Source: the human T2T-CHM13v2.0 reference genome, Homo sapiens. From it: DNA of 64,000 nucleotides. The notes under the pieces were generated by a model. The model saw only the letters and a list, made by a program, of their open reading frames with translations, did not search any database and was not told the origin of the DNA. How positions within the stretch are numbered: the stretch's first letter is position 1; each line of letters starts with the position of its first letter. Of this stretch, positions 1-13,099 are shown piece after piece. Location: the NCBI RefSeq assembly GCF_009914755.1, contig NC_060932.1, one strand, 5' to 3'. The position numbers and the translations under genes were made by a program.

Positions 1-112
1 CATCAATCCTTAAAGAATATAAGAATAGTTGTTGATTGTCAGTTTGTGCAGCTTTTTTCTGTGAAGACGGGGGTGACAACTTCCAAGCTCTGCATGTCAT
101 ATCAGGAACTGA
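1..112 (-). mobile_element. Old L1M 5' end fragment
   Basis: gttgattgtcagtttgtgcagcttttttctgtgaagacgggggtgacaacttccaagctc resembles the reverse complement of the L1M 5' terminus. Confidence 0.5.
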
Positions 113-416
113 ATGTCTCACAAACTCACATTTTGAAAGCATGTGCATAAAAGAGTGGGAGGCATTTGTAGCCATTTTTTTTTGCAATTTGCCACAAAAA
201 TACATGTTTCAGCGCTTTCAGTGACATTAATATATCTCTTCTCATTGTAAAAATGGCTGCGTGAATTTATATAAGTAACAATTACCTAACATTTTTAATT
301 TCTTACTTATGCGCCAGGAAGTGGTATATATTATTGTATTAATCTTCCCTCAAGCATCTAATGTTAGGAATTGAGATCTTTATTTCAAAGCAAAATAAAT
401 TAAAGTTTAAATAGAT

Positions 417-940
417 GTGTGGTCCCTATAGTACTGTCTGCTTTCTTATATACTCCTGGTCCTTTTGTTGTTTTAATTGGTAACATCAGGCCATATTTCC
501 CAAAAAGCTATGTCAGCTATCTCCCAGGAAGTTTGGCCAATGGAGGCACTAGAAATCTGTCAAAAGTCAGGAGGAAAGAAAAGGAAAGACACTTCTCCTT
601 CTCCTTTTGTGCCCTGAGCACAAGGTATATTGTATGTTTTGTATACTTAGCTGCTGCATTATGAGATAGCCTCAGTGTCTATGGTGAGGGTTCATCTCTC
701 AGCAGACATATCCACCTTGATTTCGACTTTCAGGTTAGTGCATAGACTCTAATAACAATAGCTCCTTCCTTTGCCCCACCAGGAGATAATAGAGGCACCT
801 TTTCTTGCTAATACTTTAGTTGCCTCATTTTACATTGCTCAACCTCTCAGCCTCTTTCATCACCTATGAATCTAATTCCGTTTGTATAGTCCATCTATTT
901 TATTTATGGCTAATATCTTATTTCCTTTGGTTGAACTCTT
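417..940 (+). mobile_element. Degenerate ERVL-class solo LTR (LTR33-like)
   Basis: tttggccaatggaggcactag...aggagg core and an LTR33-like 3' end. Confidence 0.5.
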
Positions 941-1302
941 ATTAAGCAGCAGCTTTCCAAATTTCCATACCTTGTTAGAACTATAGACGAAATATAGACC
1001 CAGATCAAATTCTTAATCCTGCCAATCTCTGTTGCCTCTTATGTGAAATATTTAAATTTCATATAGAATGAAACTTCTAAAAAATGATTGATGTTCCCAG
1101 AAAGATTAGAGCAGATATTGCCTCTAAAAAAATGAGAACAATGTCATTTGAAATAGAAATAAATATCAATGCAATACAAGTGTATGAAGACAAATGCAAA
1201 GGAAAGCCCCCAAGAAGTAAAACGAAAAGTCAAAGACATGGATACTTGGAGATAAAACATTTATAGTTTAGCTGGAAAGAAGATTTTAGAAACAATGTAA
1301 TA

Positions 1303-4238
1303 GACTTACATCTTCTTGTAATGGTGGAGTGATTTGGGTAATTTGCCTTGCTCACAAATAACATTTATAAAACATGGACAAAATGTTAACAACAACAAAG
1401 TGACTAAAAGTAGGAAGCAACTGGAGAAAGGTATCATTTGTACCAAAGATATTTGATAGTTTGTGTCTTCCTTTTTTTTTGCATAAGATTATTACTCAAT
1501 CAGAACATGCTGTTTGGGTGGTAAAAAGTCATAGTCTTACTAGCTTGAGGTGTACAGACAACAGTTAGGAGCCAGGAGAATAGATGAAAGCTGAAGTGAG
1601 AAAACTCTGGAACAGAAGGAAACACATAGAAGATGTGCACAAATAACGTATACATAAACCCTAACCTCTATGCATGAGAGTTCTTCAGAGATCCACAAGA
1701 TCCAGTGAACAAACAGAAGCTAAAATCTGAAATAATTGAACAGATTTCAGCTGGTGTTCATTGATAGAGAGAGAGAGTGAGAGAAAGGGAGAGTGCACTG
1801 TATTTGTAGGATCCACCCAAGTGAACTGCCTGCTGAATGGTGGGCACGAGTTTGGAAAATATTTCGGGGGAATATAGTAGAATCTAGGGGATTAATAACA
1901 TATTATTCACAGTGTTGTACAAAAAACTAAAAGTTGCTAAACAGAGAGAGAAAATGTAAAATATGAGCCATGCCTAAGGAAAGAAAAAAATTGACAGACA
2001 TTGAGATGACCTAGCACACGCACTAACCTTAAGGCAGCTGCTGTAAATATTTTCAAGTATTAAACAAAAATATACTTTAACAAATAGATGAAAGATTAAC
2101 CACTGTATGAATTGTAGACACTAGAAGTTAAACCAAATAGAAATTCTAGAGCTGAAAAGTACAATAAATAAGATAAAAAGCACACTAGCTAGGCTTGTTG
2201 ATGGGATACAATAGAATGTAAAACTCTTTATTTACAGGTGACTTAAAGGTAACCAATAGAAATTAACACAGTTACAAGAACAAAGAAAAATGGATGAGAA
2301 AAAAATGAGCAAAGCCTGAGAGGCTTACCTAACAATATCAATCAGTTCAACATAGTAGTAATCTTATCATCAAAAGTAGTTGGGGGGGAGGAGTTGGAAA
2401 ACAAAAGAAAGAATGGCCAAGACATTCCAAATTTAGAAAAAAACATTTGTCTTTCGGATCCAAGAAGCACAGCAAATGCCACTGATGATAAATACAAACA
2501 GAACTACAGCTAGCCACATCATATTCAAACTGCAGAAAGGTAATGTTAAGCAGAAACTGTGAAGGCTCACATTACAAAAAGGGGAACATAGATACAAGTA
2601 ACAACTGATTTCTCACTAGAAGCAATGGAAGACAGAAGAAAATTGAATGGAATCTGTCAAGTGCTGAAAAAGACTGTTTACATCAACTACTGTATCTAGC
2701 AAAATATTTTTTTAACAGTGATGAAATAAAGGCATTTTTAGGTAAAGCATAATTGAGAAAATGGGTTGCCCATAACCTTCACTAAAATAAATGCTTACGG
2801 GAAGTTCAAGCTGAAGGAAATGACACAGATACTAACTCAGATTTGCAGGAATTAATGACAAGAAACAGACATGGTAAATGTGGAAAAATGTACAAGTTTA
2901 TATCTATATGTTATTTACTCTCTTATTTTTGTTAATGGAATGTTATAACACTGATTATAAAGTATATAATGTACTTAGGTATGCTATATATGATAATAAC
3001 ATAAATGGCACAAAAGTGTTGAGGTGCAACTGCACTGTTTCAGGTTTCCAGATTCTACATGATATAATCCAATATTCACTCAAAAGAAATTCTAATTAAA
3101 TTTAAAAGAAAAACCTCTAAAATTAATGCAAAGGGTTATACTTAAAGGACAAAAAGTCCTTAAAATGTAATACTGAAAATATTTTAATTTAGCAAAGATC
3201 ATAGAAAAGATTTAGAGAAATATAAAATGGACAAGAAAAATAGAAAATAAATAGTAAAACAGTAGACATAAATTCATATAGACATATATGAATATTCCAA
3301 TGGAAAATAAGTTTGTTAGACTTAATAAAACCAAAATAGCCAACAATATATCTATTGAGATGCACTTTAAAAATCATAAGTAGACTGAGAGTAAATTATC
3401 AGTGAGCAAAAAAAAGCAGAGTGGCAATATTAATATCAGAAAGCCTAGATTTCAGGAAAAGACATATTACTACATATGAAGGACAGTTTGTAATAATAAA
3501 AGCTGCAGTACATGAGGAAGATATAAAAATTTAAATGTGTATCTTCCTGAAATCCAAATCATCTCAGTAAATGCGGCAAAAGCATATTACAAATTTAGCA
3601 TTCATTCAAGATGAAAATCTCTCAGTATACAAGGAATGAAAGGAAATTTCTTAACCTAATAAAGGTCATCTGGAAAGATATCGCTAGCATCATATTTATT
3701 GGTGAAATAGTAGATTATTTCCACCAAGACTGAAAAATATTCAAGAACTCGTACTTCACCACTTCAATTCATCTTTGTACTAGAAGTCCTATACAATACT
3801 GAGAAAAATAAGTAAAAGGCATATAGATTTTAAAGGAAAAAGTAGAACTATTTTTTCACAGATGACATGCTCATGGATAGAGAAAATAAGGAGGACTATA
3901 TCTTGGAGTAAATTAGTAAAGTTAGCATGATTGCAAAGTATAAGCTCAATATACAGTAATCAATGATGTATTTAGGTACTGAGAGTCGAAATTTGAAATT
4001 GAAATTATTTAAGTCCATTTATGGTAACATGATAAAATATAAAATATTTAGAGATTAATTTAACAAATGTGCAATACATCTGCATGAGAATTATAAAATA
4101 TTGCTGAGAGAAATATAATAACATACTTCAATAAATATATTTAATGCAAACAGTCATAATCTCAGCAGGAATTTTTATAGAAGTTGGCAACTTATTTCTA
4201 AATTTATATGTAAATTCAAAGAACCTTAAATAGCCAAG
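1303..4238 (+). mobile_element. Old L1M element: 5'UTR, ORF1 and internally deleted ORF2 remnants
   Basis: A-rich; ORF1-like (gaaattctagagctgaaaag, aaacaatggaagacagaag-like), endonuclease-like (gagtggcaatattaatatcaga) and RT-region (catctcagtaaatgcggcaaaagcat, tcacagatgacatg) motifs; many stops. Confidence 0.8.
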
Positions 4239-4239
4239 G

Positions 4240-4903
4240 TATAATATATAATGTTTGTACATATTTTTGGAGTACATATTTTTATACAATGTGTAATAAT
4301 TGAATTAGGGTAATTGGAATATCCGTCACCTCAAACATTTATTTTTTTCTTTGTGTTGGGAACATTACAATTCTCCTCTACTAGCTATTTTGAAATATAC
4401 AATAAATTATCATTAACTATAATTTTCCTACTGTACTATCAAATACTAGAACTCATTTCTTCTATCTAACTGTAGTTCTGTATCCATTAACCAGCTTCTC
4501 TTCATCCTCCCCACCCACCAACTTCCTTTTCCAGCCTCTGGTGACCACCATTCTACTCTCTTTCTCCATGAGATCCACTTTTTCAGCTCCCACATATGAG
4601 TGAGAAATTATGATTTCTGTACGTGGTTCATTTCACTTAACATAATAACAGGATTTTATTTTTACATGCCTAAGTAATATTCTGTTGTATATATATACCA
4701 TATTATCTTTATCCATTAATCCATTGCTTGACATTTGTGTTGATTTCATATCTTGGCTATCCTGAGTAGTAGTGCTGCAGTAGACATTGGAGTGCAGACG
4801 TCTCTTTGATATACTGACTTCCTTTTTTGTGAATATACACCAAGAAGTGGAACTACCATATCATATCTTAGTTTGACTTTTAGTTTTTTGATGAACCTTC
4901 CTA
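4240..4903 (-). mobile_element. L1MA (L1MA4/5-like) 3' end, no visible poly(A) tail
   Basis: atccgtcacctcaaacattt, ctagctattttgaaatatacaataaatt, tcagctcccacatatgagtgaga; minus ORF 4746-5048 contains ORF2 C-terminal PLLGVY...VCTPM. Confidence 0.85.
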
Positions 4904-5003
4904 CTATTGAGATGCACTTTAAAAAATCATATGCAGACTGAGAGTAGATTATCAGTGAGCAAAAAAAAAAGCAGAGTGGCAATATTAATATCAGAAAGCC
5001 TAG
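4904..5003 (+). repeat. Local ~100 bp copy of 3352-3448
   Basis: ctattgagatgcacttt...atcagaaagcctag at both sites; 3 substitutions plus two A-run length differences. Confidence 0.95.
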
Positions 5004-5146
5004 TGAGTTCATTTGAAACAAGTTCAATGAAACAAGGGGTTCTTTCAACTAAAAATAAATAACCTAACCTTGGAGAAATGTGTAAACTCTTTGTGAGTAC
5101 AGTCTTTTTCTCTCAGTTCAAAACTTGTTCTCTCAGTTCAAAACAG

Positions 5147-5205
5147 TTCAAAAAATGTTTTAAAATACATAAGAATAGGGTTATAATGTTATTGCAAGGA
5201 AGCTG
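5147..5205 (+). repeat. Local 59 bp copy of 9614-9672
   Basis: ttcaaaaaatgtt...aaggaagctg at both sites, 4 mismatches. Confidence 0.95.
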
Positions 5206-5221
5206 AAGCAACTGTAAGGAA

Positions 5222-6180
5222 ATTGAAGACAAGCAATCCAACACAAGAATGGTCAAAAAGCTTCACAGAGGAATAAGTTACCAATGTATACATAAAAAGC
5301 TGCTAAATATCATTACTTGTGAGGAAAATGTGAATTAAAACTACAAGTTACTGATATAATCTCACTCAAATGCTAGAATTAAAAACAACAGGCCAGTGAG
5401 GTGGCTCATGCCTGCAATTGCCGCACTTTGAGAGGATGAGGCAGGAGGATCACTTGGGCCCAGGAATTTGAGACCAGCCTGGGCAATACAGTGAGACGCC
5501 ATAGCTACAAAAAATAAAATAAAGTAAAAGTTAGCCAGTCATGCTGGTGTGTAAATATTTCCAGCTACTAGAGAGTCTGAGGTGGGAGGATTACTTGAGC
5601 CTGGAAAGTTGAGGCTGCAAGGGGCTGTGATGGCACTACTGCACTCCAGCCTGGGCAACAGAGCAAGACCCTGTATAAAAACAAAACAAAAAAAAAAAAA
5701 CAAAACATAAAAACCTTAACAGCACCAAAAGTTGGAGAGGATGTGTAGGAACTACACCACTTTTATATTACTGGTGGGGATACCAAATGATCTAATTATT
5801 TTAGGGAAAGTTTGAAGTTTCTTGTGTTGTTACGCAGTCACATAATAATTTCAGTCCAACTTACCTAGGAGATATTTAAACATATATCCATAGAATGACT
5901 TCAACAAGAACATTCACAACAGCTTTATTCGTAAAACCAAACAAGAAATACTAATACCCATTAACAAAAGAAAGGATGTAGAGTTTGTATTGTTGTCATG
6001 TAAAGAAATAATATATCTGTTAATAAAAAGTAACAAACTAGTAAATTCCCAACAATAAGGATTAAACTTACAGGCAAACCAAACACAAAAGACTACATTA
6101 TGTATGATTCCATTAATGTGAAGACTAAACAGTTAAGACTTATACATTTTACTGTATTGAAAGTTTACTTCAAAAACCCT
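5222..6180 (+). mobile_element. Old L1ME-like ORF2 end and 3'UTR, split by an Alu
   Basis: gttggagaggatgtgtaggaact, acattcacaacagctttattcgtaa, tatgtatgattcc. Confidence 0.7.
5391..5712 (+). mobile_element. AluJ-type element
   Basis: ggcc...gaggcaggaggatcacttgggcccaggaatttgagaccagcctgggcaa, A-rich linker, right arm, A tail. Confidence 0.92.
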
Positions 6181-6615
6181 ATATGTGCACAATAGTGTAG
6201 AATTACATTTCAATAACCAATACAAACACCATACTAAGAAAATATCATCAACATTACCTGATTCCAATTATAACACTTGAATATGATAAGAAAAACAAAG
6301 ACTTTAAAAATTTGTCAATTATTAATCCCTAAAAGGTGCCAAACCCAAACTGATTTATAAGCAATTTCTATCCATTGTTAAAAATATTTTGTTATCCTAT
6401 ATTACATAGACTTTGCTAGAACAGAGAAAATGATTAAAAAGTTCCCATACACATTTTACAAGGCCTGTAAAACTTCAATGCCAAAACTGAAATGAAATAG
6501 AAGAAATATAAGCTAAAGTCACATATATTGAAATTCATAAATTTCAATAAAAAATCAGAGGCCTTCATGATCTGAGTCTAAATGAGGAAATGCTATTAAT
6601 TTGCAATGCTTTTAA

Positions 6616-7700
<1,085 letters not shown>

Positions 7701-7856
7701 GGAAACAGAAATCTCCCTCCATTAGTTGACTCACTTATAAGACCCTTTGTGTGTTCCTCTGTATGGTTACAGAATTTGGGTAATACATGGAAATTTTAAT
7801 AAACACCCTAAAATGCTAAAAAAAAACAAAAACAACAACAAAAAAAACAAAAAAAA
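7701..7856 (+). other. L1 3' transduced segment with second poly(A) tail
   Basis: 117 bp non-L1 sequence, AATAAA 7798-7803, A-rich tail from 7818, then a copy of the target site (aaaacaaaatgg at 6614-6625). Confidence 0.85.
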
Positions 7857-8099
7857 TGGCCAACATTTTAGAGAAGATTATAAAGAAAGGTTTATTTAGG
7901 TTTAAATTTGACAAAATGCAATTAAATTTATGAACATAATTTGATGTCATATTTAACAAAATTCAGGTTATGATTGCGCTGTTGCCATTGTTAGGCATAT
8001 TAGACATTAGAACTCCAAGATATTCATTATTGCTGTTATTATTGTTGTTTTCCTAAAGCCACGACATGCCAGAATTCCACTACTTTCTCTTTAGTCAAC

Positions 8100-8560
8100 A
8101 TTTGCATGCTGCAAATTATCACGCGGGCAGGGCATTTTTACAAAACAGTTTTGAGAATTTCATCACTTTCTTCAAAAACCTTTTAATCTTTTCACATTTA
8201 AATACACATCTTACCTTAGTTATTTCTTGTCTTTGATTTTTTTATCTGGTTGAAATATGAAAATGTTTTTTAATTTTTTTGTGATATCCCTGAACATCCT
8301 GTCTAAATTCACTCCTCTTCCTACCTTCACGCTCTGTTCTCCTACTCTGCTTTGTATTTGGTCTTGTAGTTTCTTGTCATATTTGTCACTAACTGGCACT
8401 TTGTTTTTCTTTTATAATTTGTTTATCTGTGTCTTCTAATAGAATGTAATATCTATAACATGTAGAGATTTTATTCATTTGGTTTCACTGTTATATCCCC
8501 AACAAATAAAATCATTCCTGACACACAGTAGTTGATTCACTAATATTTATTGAATGAATT
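8100..8560 (+). mobile_element. L2 3' end
   Basis: tagaatgtaa...ttcactgttatatcccca...cctgacacacagtag...tatttattgaatgaat. Confidence 0.75.
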
Positions 8561-8809
8561 AATTACTTTCACGTTCAACCGTTAATTTTACTAACTCCTA
8601 AATTTCTACATCTTCTGTGATATATATGATCTTACTGTGCAGTCTGTTTATATTATATTTGTAAAATAACCAGAATTTCTGACAATCAGAGATAGACTTA
8701 AGGTTTATAGCATGAGCTGTGATAGACACCCAATGTTAAACAGAGAGGGACATTTGAGTGGAGATCAATATAATTTACCAGATAAATAAAATTATTTTTT
8801 GGTCATTTC

Positions 8810-10440
8810 TAGGAAACTTACAATGCCAACTCACATTATGAATACTTAGATACTGGGGGTCCCTGCATTAATAATACAATCTAGCAATATATCAAAAATA
8901 TTAAGCCCAAACTAAAATATTTTAATTTTAAAAATTCAAAGATAATTCAATATTATAAATGTGTCAATGCATTTTATCTCTTTAAATATTATAGAAGAAA
9001 AACAAAATAAGCTTATCTAACTGGACATTCAAAAAAGTATGCCCAAATAAATGAATAAATCTTAGTTCAAGGATGATAAAAATCAATATTGTAAAGACCT
9101 ACTTCCTCCCCCAAGGTGTTCTATACATTCAATAGAATGGCAACGCTATTCAATTCAAGGCCATGCTATTCAAATCCCTACAGGAGTTTTTGTAGAGTTT
9201 GACAAAGTATTTCTAAAATTTGAGGAAGAGAAAATTAGTATTGAAAGGAAGATGATATTGATATAAATTACAAACTGGCCATTAGAACAGAAGAGAGTCC
9301 ATGTGCATTTGGAAATTCAGTTAATGATAAAGTTGACATTTCAGAGGGAGACAACGGCTATACAGCCCTGAGTTGTGCAGTCCATATTGAGGTCCTTGTG
9401 AATAGTGCCCCTTTGTGAGGTGGGCCATACATTACCTGCAAGGTCACGCAGGGAAGCTGGCTTTTACGTCCTTAGAAAAAGAGTAAGCCAACCAATGAAT
9501 AATTTGTGAACATTAAGCCATATCTTTGGAGAACAAATGAAATTGATTGAAACTTTAAACGTTTGCACAAATAAATAAAAGGTGGATCAAAGCACTCAGT
9601 CTTAAATAAGGACTTCAAAAAATGTTTAAAAATACATAAGAATATGGTTATAATGTTACTGTAAGGAAGCTGTCTTCAAAAAGACACCAAAAATCAAAAT
9701 CAATAAAGAAAAGATTTGAAAAATTCAAGCGACTCGCCCTTACCTTCATTTATGGAGAAAATGATCTTGTAAACACATATTAAAAGATACACAAAATGCT
9801 GAGAAAAATATGTGCTGGGATATATTAAATTGTAGAAAATATGTGCAGAACATCTTCAAATATGTTTGAAAAACATACAACTTAAAAAATCCCACAGTTT
9901 AAACATGCTTTAAAGAAGGGAAAATACGACTTGTAAAGCAAAGAAAAAAAAAAAAGATACTTAACAAAACTACTAATCAAGAACATTTAAATTATGAATT
10001 AATGTCTAAACATAAAATAGATTGGTATATTTTTTTAAATTAATGATGTCAGTCTGGACAAGTTGATAAAACATCTATATATCTATACTTTCGTATAAAA
10101 TAATAGTGGATTTGAAATTTGATAAAGCATCATTTTATATTTGTACTAAAAGCACAAGATTTAAATTAGCTATCATGAGTCCATATTAAAAACAAAAACA
10201 AAACTGTAGAATGTGAATTATAGCTCTGTGTGCTACCCAGAAAAAAATTCAAGTCTTAATGTACTTCAAAGCAAATATTATACGATTAAAATGAAATACA
10301 TTGATCCATGATTATTTTATATATATTCATTCTTTGGTTTGGTAGGTGAAGGTATACAAGATATGCAAGAGAGGCACTTATATCTATACCATTTAAAGTG
10401 CTTTATATCAAAATGTATTCTCAAGCCACTTATGTAATTT
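8810..10440 (+). mobile_element. Highly decayed L1ME ORF2 and 3'UTR fragments
   Basis: aaatcaatattgtaaagac, aaatccctacaggagttttttgtagagtttgacaa-like, gaacagaagagagtcc. Confidence 0.65.
9342..9460. mobile_element. Possible MER91-like hAT MITE
   Basis: gagttgtgcagt...tgtgaatagtgcccc, a GC-richer island within L1. Confidence 0.35.
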
Positions 10441-10446
10441 AAAATA

Positions 10447-10815
10447 CAGACAGTCCTCTGCTTAATAGTGGTTCTGCTTATGACTTTTTTGTATTTTCAG
10501 ATGGTGCAAAAGTGATATGCATTCATTAGAAACGGTACTTTGAGTACGCATACAGCCATTCTGTTTTTCACTTTCAGTAAAGTATTCAATAAATTATTTA
10601 AAATATTCAACACTTTATTATAAAATAGGCTTTCTGTTAGATGATCTTTCCCCAACTATAGGCTAATATAAGTGTTCTGAACATGTTTATGGTACACTAG
10701 GCTAAGCTATGATGTTTGGTAGGTTAGATGTGTTACATGGATTTTCGAATTAGGATATTTTCAATTTTCAATGGTTTAATGGGACATAACCCCATCATAA
10801 GTCCAGGAGCATCCA
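10447..10815 (-). mobile_element. MER47A-like TcMar-Tigger DNA transposon
   Basis: TA-flanked cagacagtcc start and ggagcatcca end; internal ctaggctaagctatgatgtttggtaggttag, gggacataaccccatc. Confidence 0.85.
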
Positions 10816-12235
10816 CATATGAAACTGTAAAATTAAATTATGTAATTACTGTGTGAAATACCTTTTAAATCAATTTAATTTAATTTATTTAACTTTAGAG
10901 TTTTATTTTACTTTTTGTTTTCTCCAATAAATTACTTTTTAAATCAATTTAATTCTTCATTAATATTTTTTTCTGCCTTTCAATAGGCAAAGTCTGTGCA
11001 GGCAGGCCACCAGCACTGCCTTGGAGCTGGTGTTTCTATTTAATCTGGAATGAAGAGGCCTGGGCTAGTCTCTTCCTGCCAGTGTCGTAACAATGGTGCT
11101 CCCACCCTCATGGCTTTGCACAGCGCACTGTGCCATCTGGTACTAAGAAGAAGGCTTGTGAATTAAGTATCTATTATAAGAACAGTACTTTGAATCATTT
11201 TGAAAAATTGCTTTTGTAAGTTTGATTCGAGCTCTTCTAAACTGTGCTTATTTTGTGTTTAAAAGAAATTGCATATTTGCCATTTTGCGCTTTCTCACGT
11301 TACCTTCAAGTACCTATGAAACTCATTTTAGAATCTGCCTTTTACATGCCATGTGGTTCCTGACATGAAATAAAATATTAATGCCTTATATCTTACACTG
11401 TAAATAATTGATATTGTTGTCCCATGCACTCTAAGTGTGATAAGCCTTCAACTATGGCTGTTCTTTAATTCAAGCCATGTCTCTTCTCCTTGCATTTGAG
11501 AATATTTCAACATGAAAATAAAAGAGGAAATGTGATAAAAGCTATGTGTTTATTTGAATATTCATATTCTGCTGCAGATGTATGTGTACCTGGCTGCTGA
11601 GTTGCTTGAAACTTAACCATAGTTAGTGTCCCCTGTCTAAAATTGCCACAATTTAATATCGATTTTTTGTTTCTGAAGCCTCTTGTCCTCAGTAGCAAAA
11701 CTTCAGACAAAATGTACCTATTTTCCAGAATGAGGATCCTGGCTGAACCAATTCTTTTCTCTCAGGTTAAATATACAATCTCTCAACAGTGCCTTATTTT
11801 GCTTGGTTTCATACATTTAATGTCTGGCCTACAGTATGAGAAGTAGAAGAAGAGGAAAGAGGCTAGACCAACAAAGACCAGAGAGGGAAGAGAGAGACCA
11901 CGAAACATTTTTGCAACAAAATTCCAAATAAATTTTAGCTGTCAAGCAAACTTAACTGTGAAAAATTTAGCCATTTTTTAAAGAATTTCAAAAGATCAAA
12001 TGAAAAGCTTACACTATTACATTGCTTGCTCCACAGCCATCTACTCACTGCATACATCCTCATGTCTCTACCCAGCACTGCACGTTCAGACACAGGTACC
12101 AGCTCCCACTGACAAAATTACATTGCACACTGACATACCACACATACTCTCAGCACAGACACATTTCTCTTCACTCATCATCAATGCATATGTATATATC
12201 TGCAGACTCACTGAACCTCATTTCATATTCCCGCA

Positions 12236-12268
12236 AACACCCTCACATACACACACACACACACACCC
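12236..12268. repeat. Short (CA)n microsatellite
   Basis: acacacacacacacacacac. Confidence 0.85.
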
Positions 12269-12826
12269 CATACCGCCTATTGTTCTGAACCAACTGTGAC
12301 TCCAGTGGTCCTGCCGAATTTTATCAGGTAAAGACCAAAGGAAAGACTGCAGTATGAACTTGACAAAGGATGACAGAATGAAGAGAATAAGTAGAAGCTT
12401 TTCTTGCTTTCAGTTTTTCTCATCTCCTGATCATTCCCCAGTCTATGCTATCTAGATGTAATGGATGTAATGGCAGTGCAGAGAGTGTTTCCATCAGGTT
12501 TAATTGTGTGGCCATGTATGTTTTCTCAACCCTTGTGAGAAAAGGAGGCATTCTTAGCTCTGAGCTGTTGCTGTTCACATTCCTGAGTCTGTAATGTCAG
12601 AGGCCAATTAAGAAGCTATGGGATCTGGAAGCCAAGTTTGCACTCTTAATCACAGCACTGCACTGTTTTTCAAGCAAAACTACTTCTATCACACACTTCT
12701 TTCTCAAAGCTTACCTTGACTCACAATTTAGTTTCCTGGGACTCATTAACATGTATTGTTTTGTGGCAGTCCTAAAATTCACCACTGTTTTCTCCTCCAT
12801 TTAGCAGAGGAATCTTCAGCTTTGGA

Positions 12827-13012
12827 TTGAATTACCAGGTAAAATATAACACACATCTAAATCTGAATTCTAAATAAATAATTAATATTTATGTAGTATA
12901 AGTGTAGCTCCCAAAATAAGTGGAACAAGCTTATTCTAAACATAGTTATTTATTTTAAATTCAAATTTAATTGAGCAGAGTGCATTTTTATTTGCTAAGT
13001 CTCACAACCTTA
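12827..13012. mobile_element. MER53-like palindromic hAT MITE
   Basis: Arms aaatctgaattctaaataaataatta and tagttatttattttaaattcaaattt pair at 22/26; end ttgctaagtctcacaacctta. Confidence 0.75.
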
Positions 13013-13099
13013 ACTCTGAATAAGAAATTAGATAATTTAACAACAAAATAATAATTAAAATTAACATTAATTCAAAAATGCAAAAAGGAGTCAAAGAGA

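Noticed and set aside
5067-5080. ccttggagaaatg also found near 13197, as a possible third patch donor
   Set aside because: Only 13 bp; cannot be distinguished from chance in 64 kb of L1-rich DNA.
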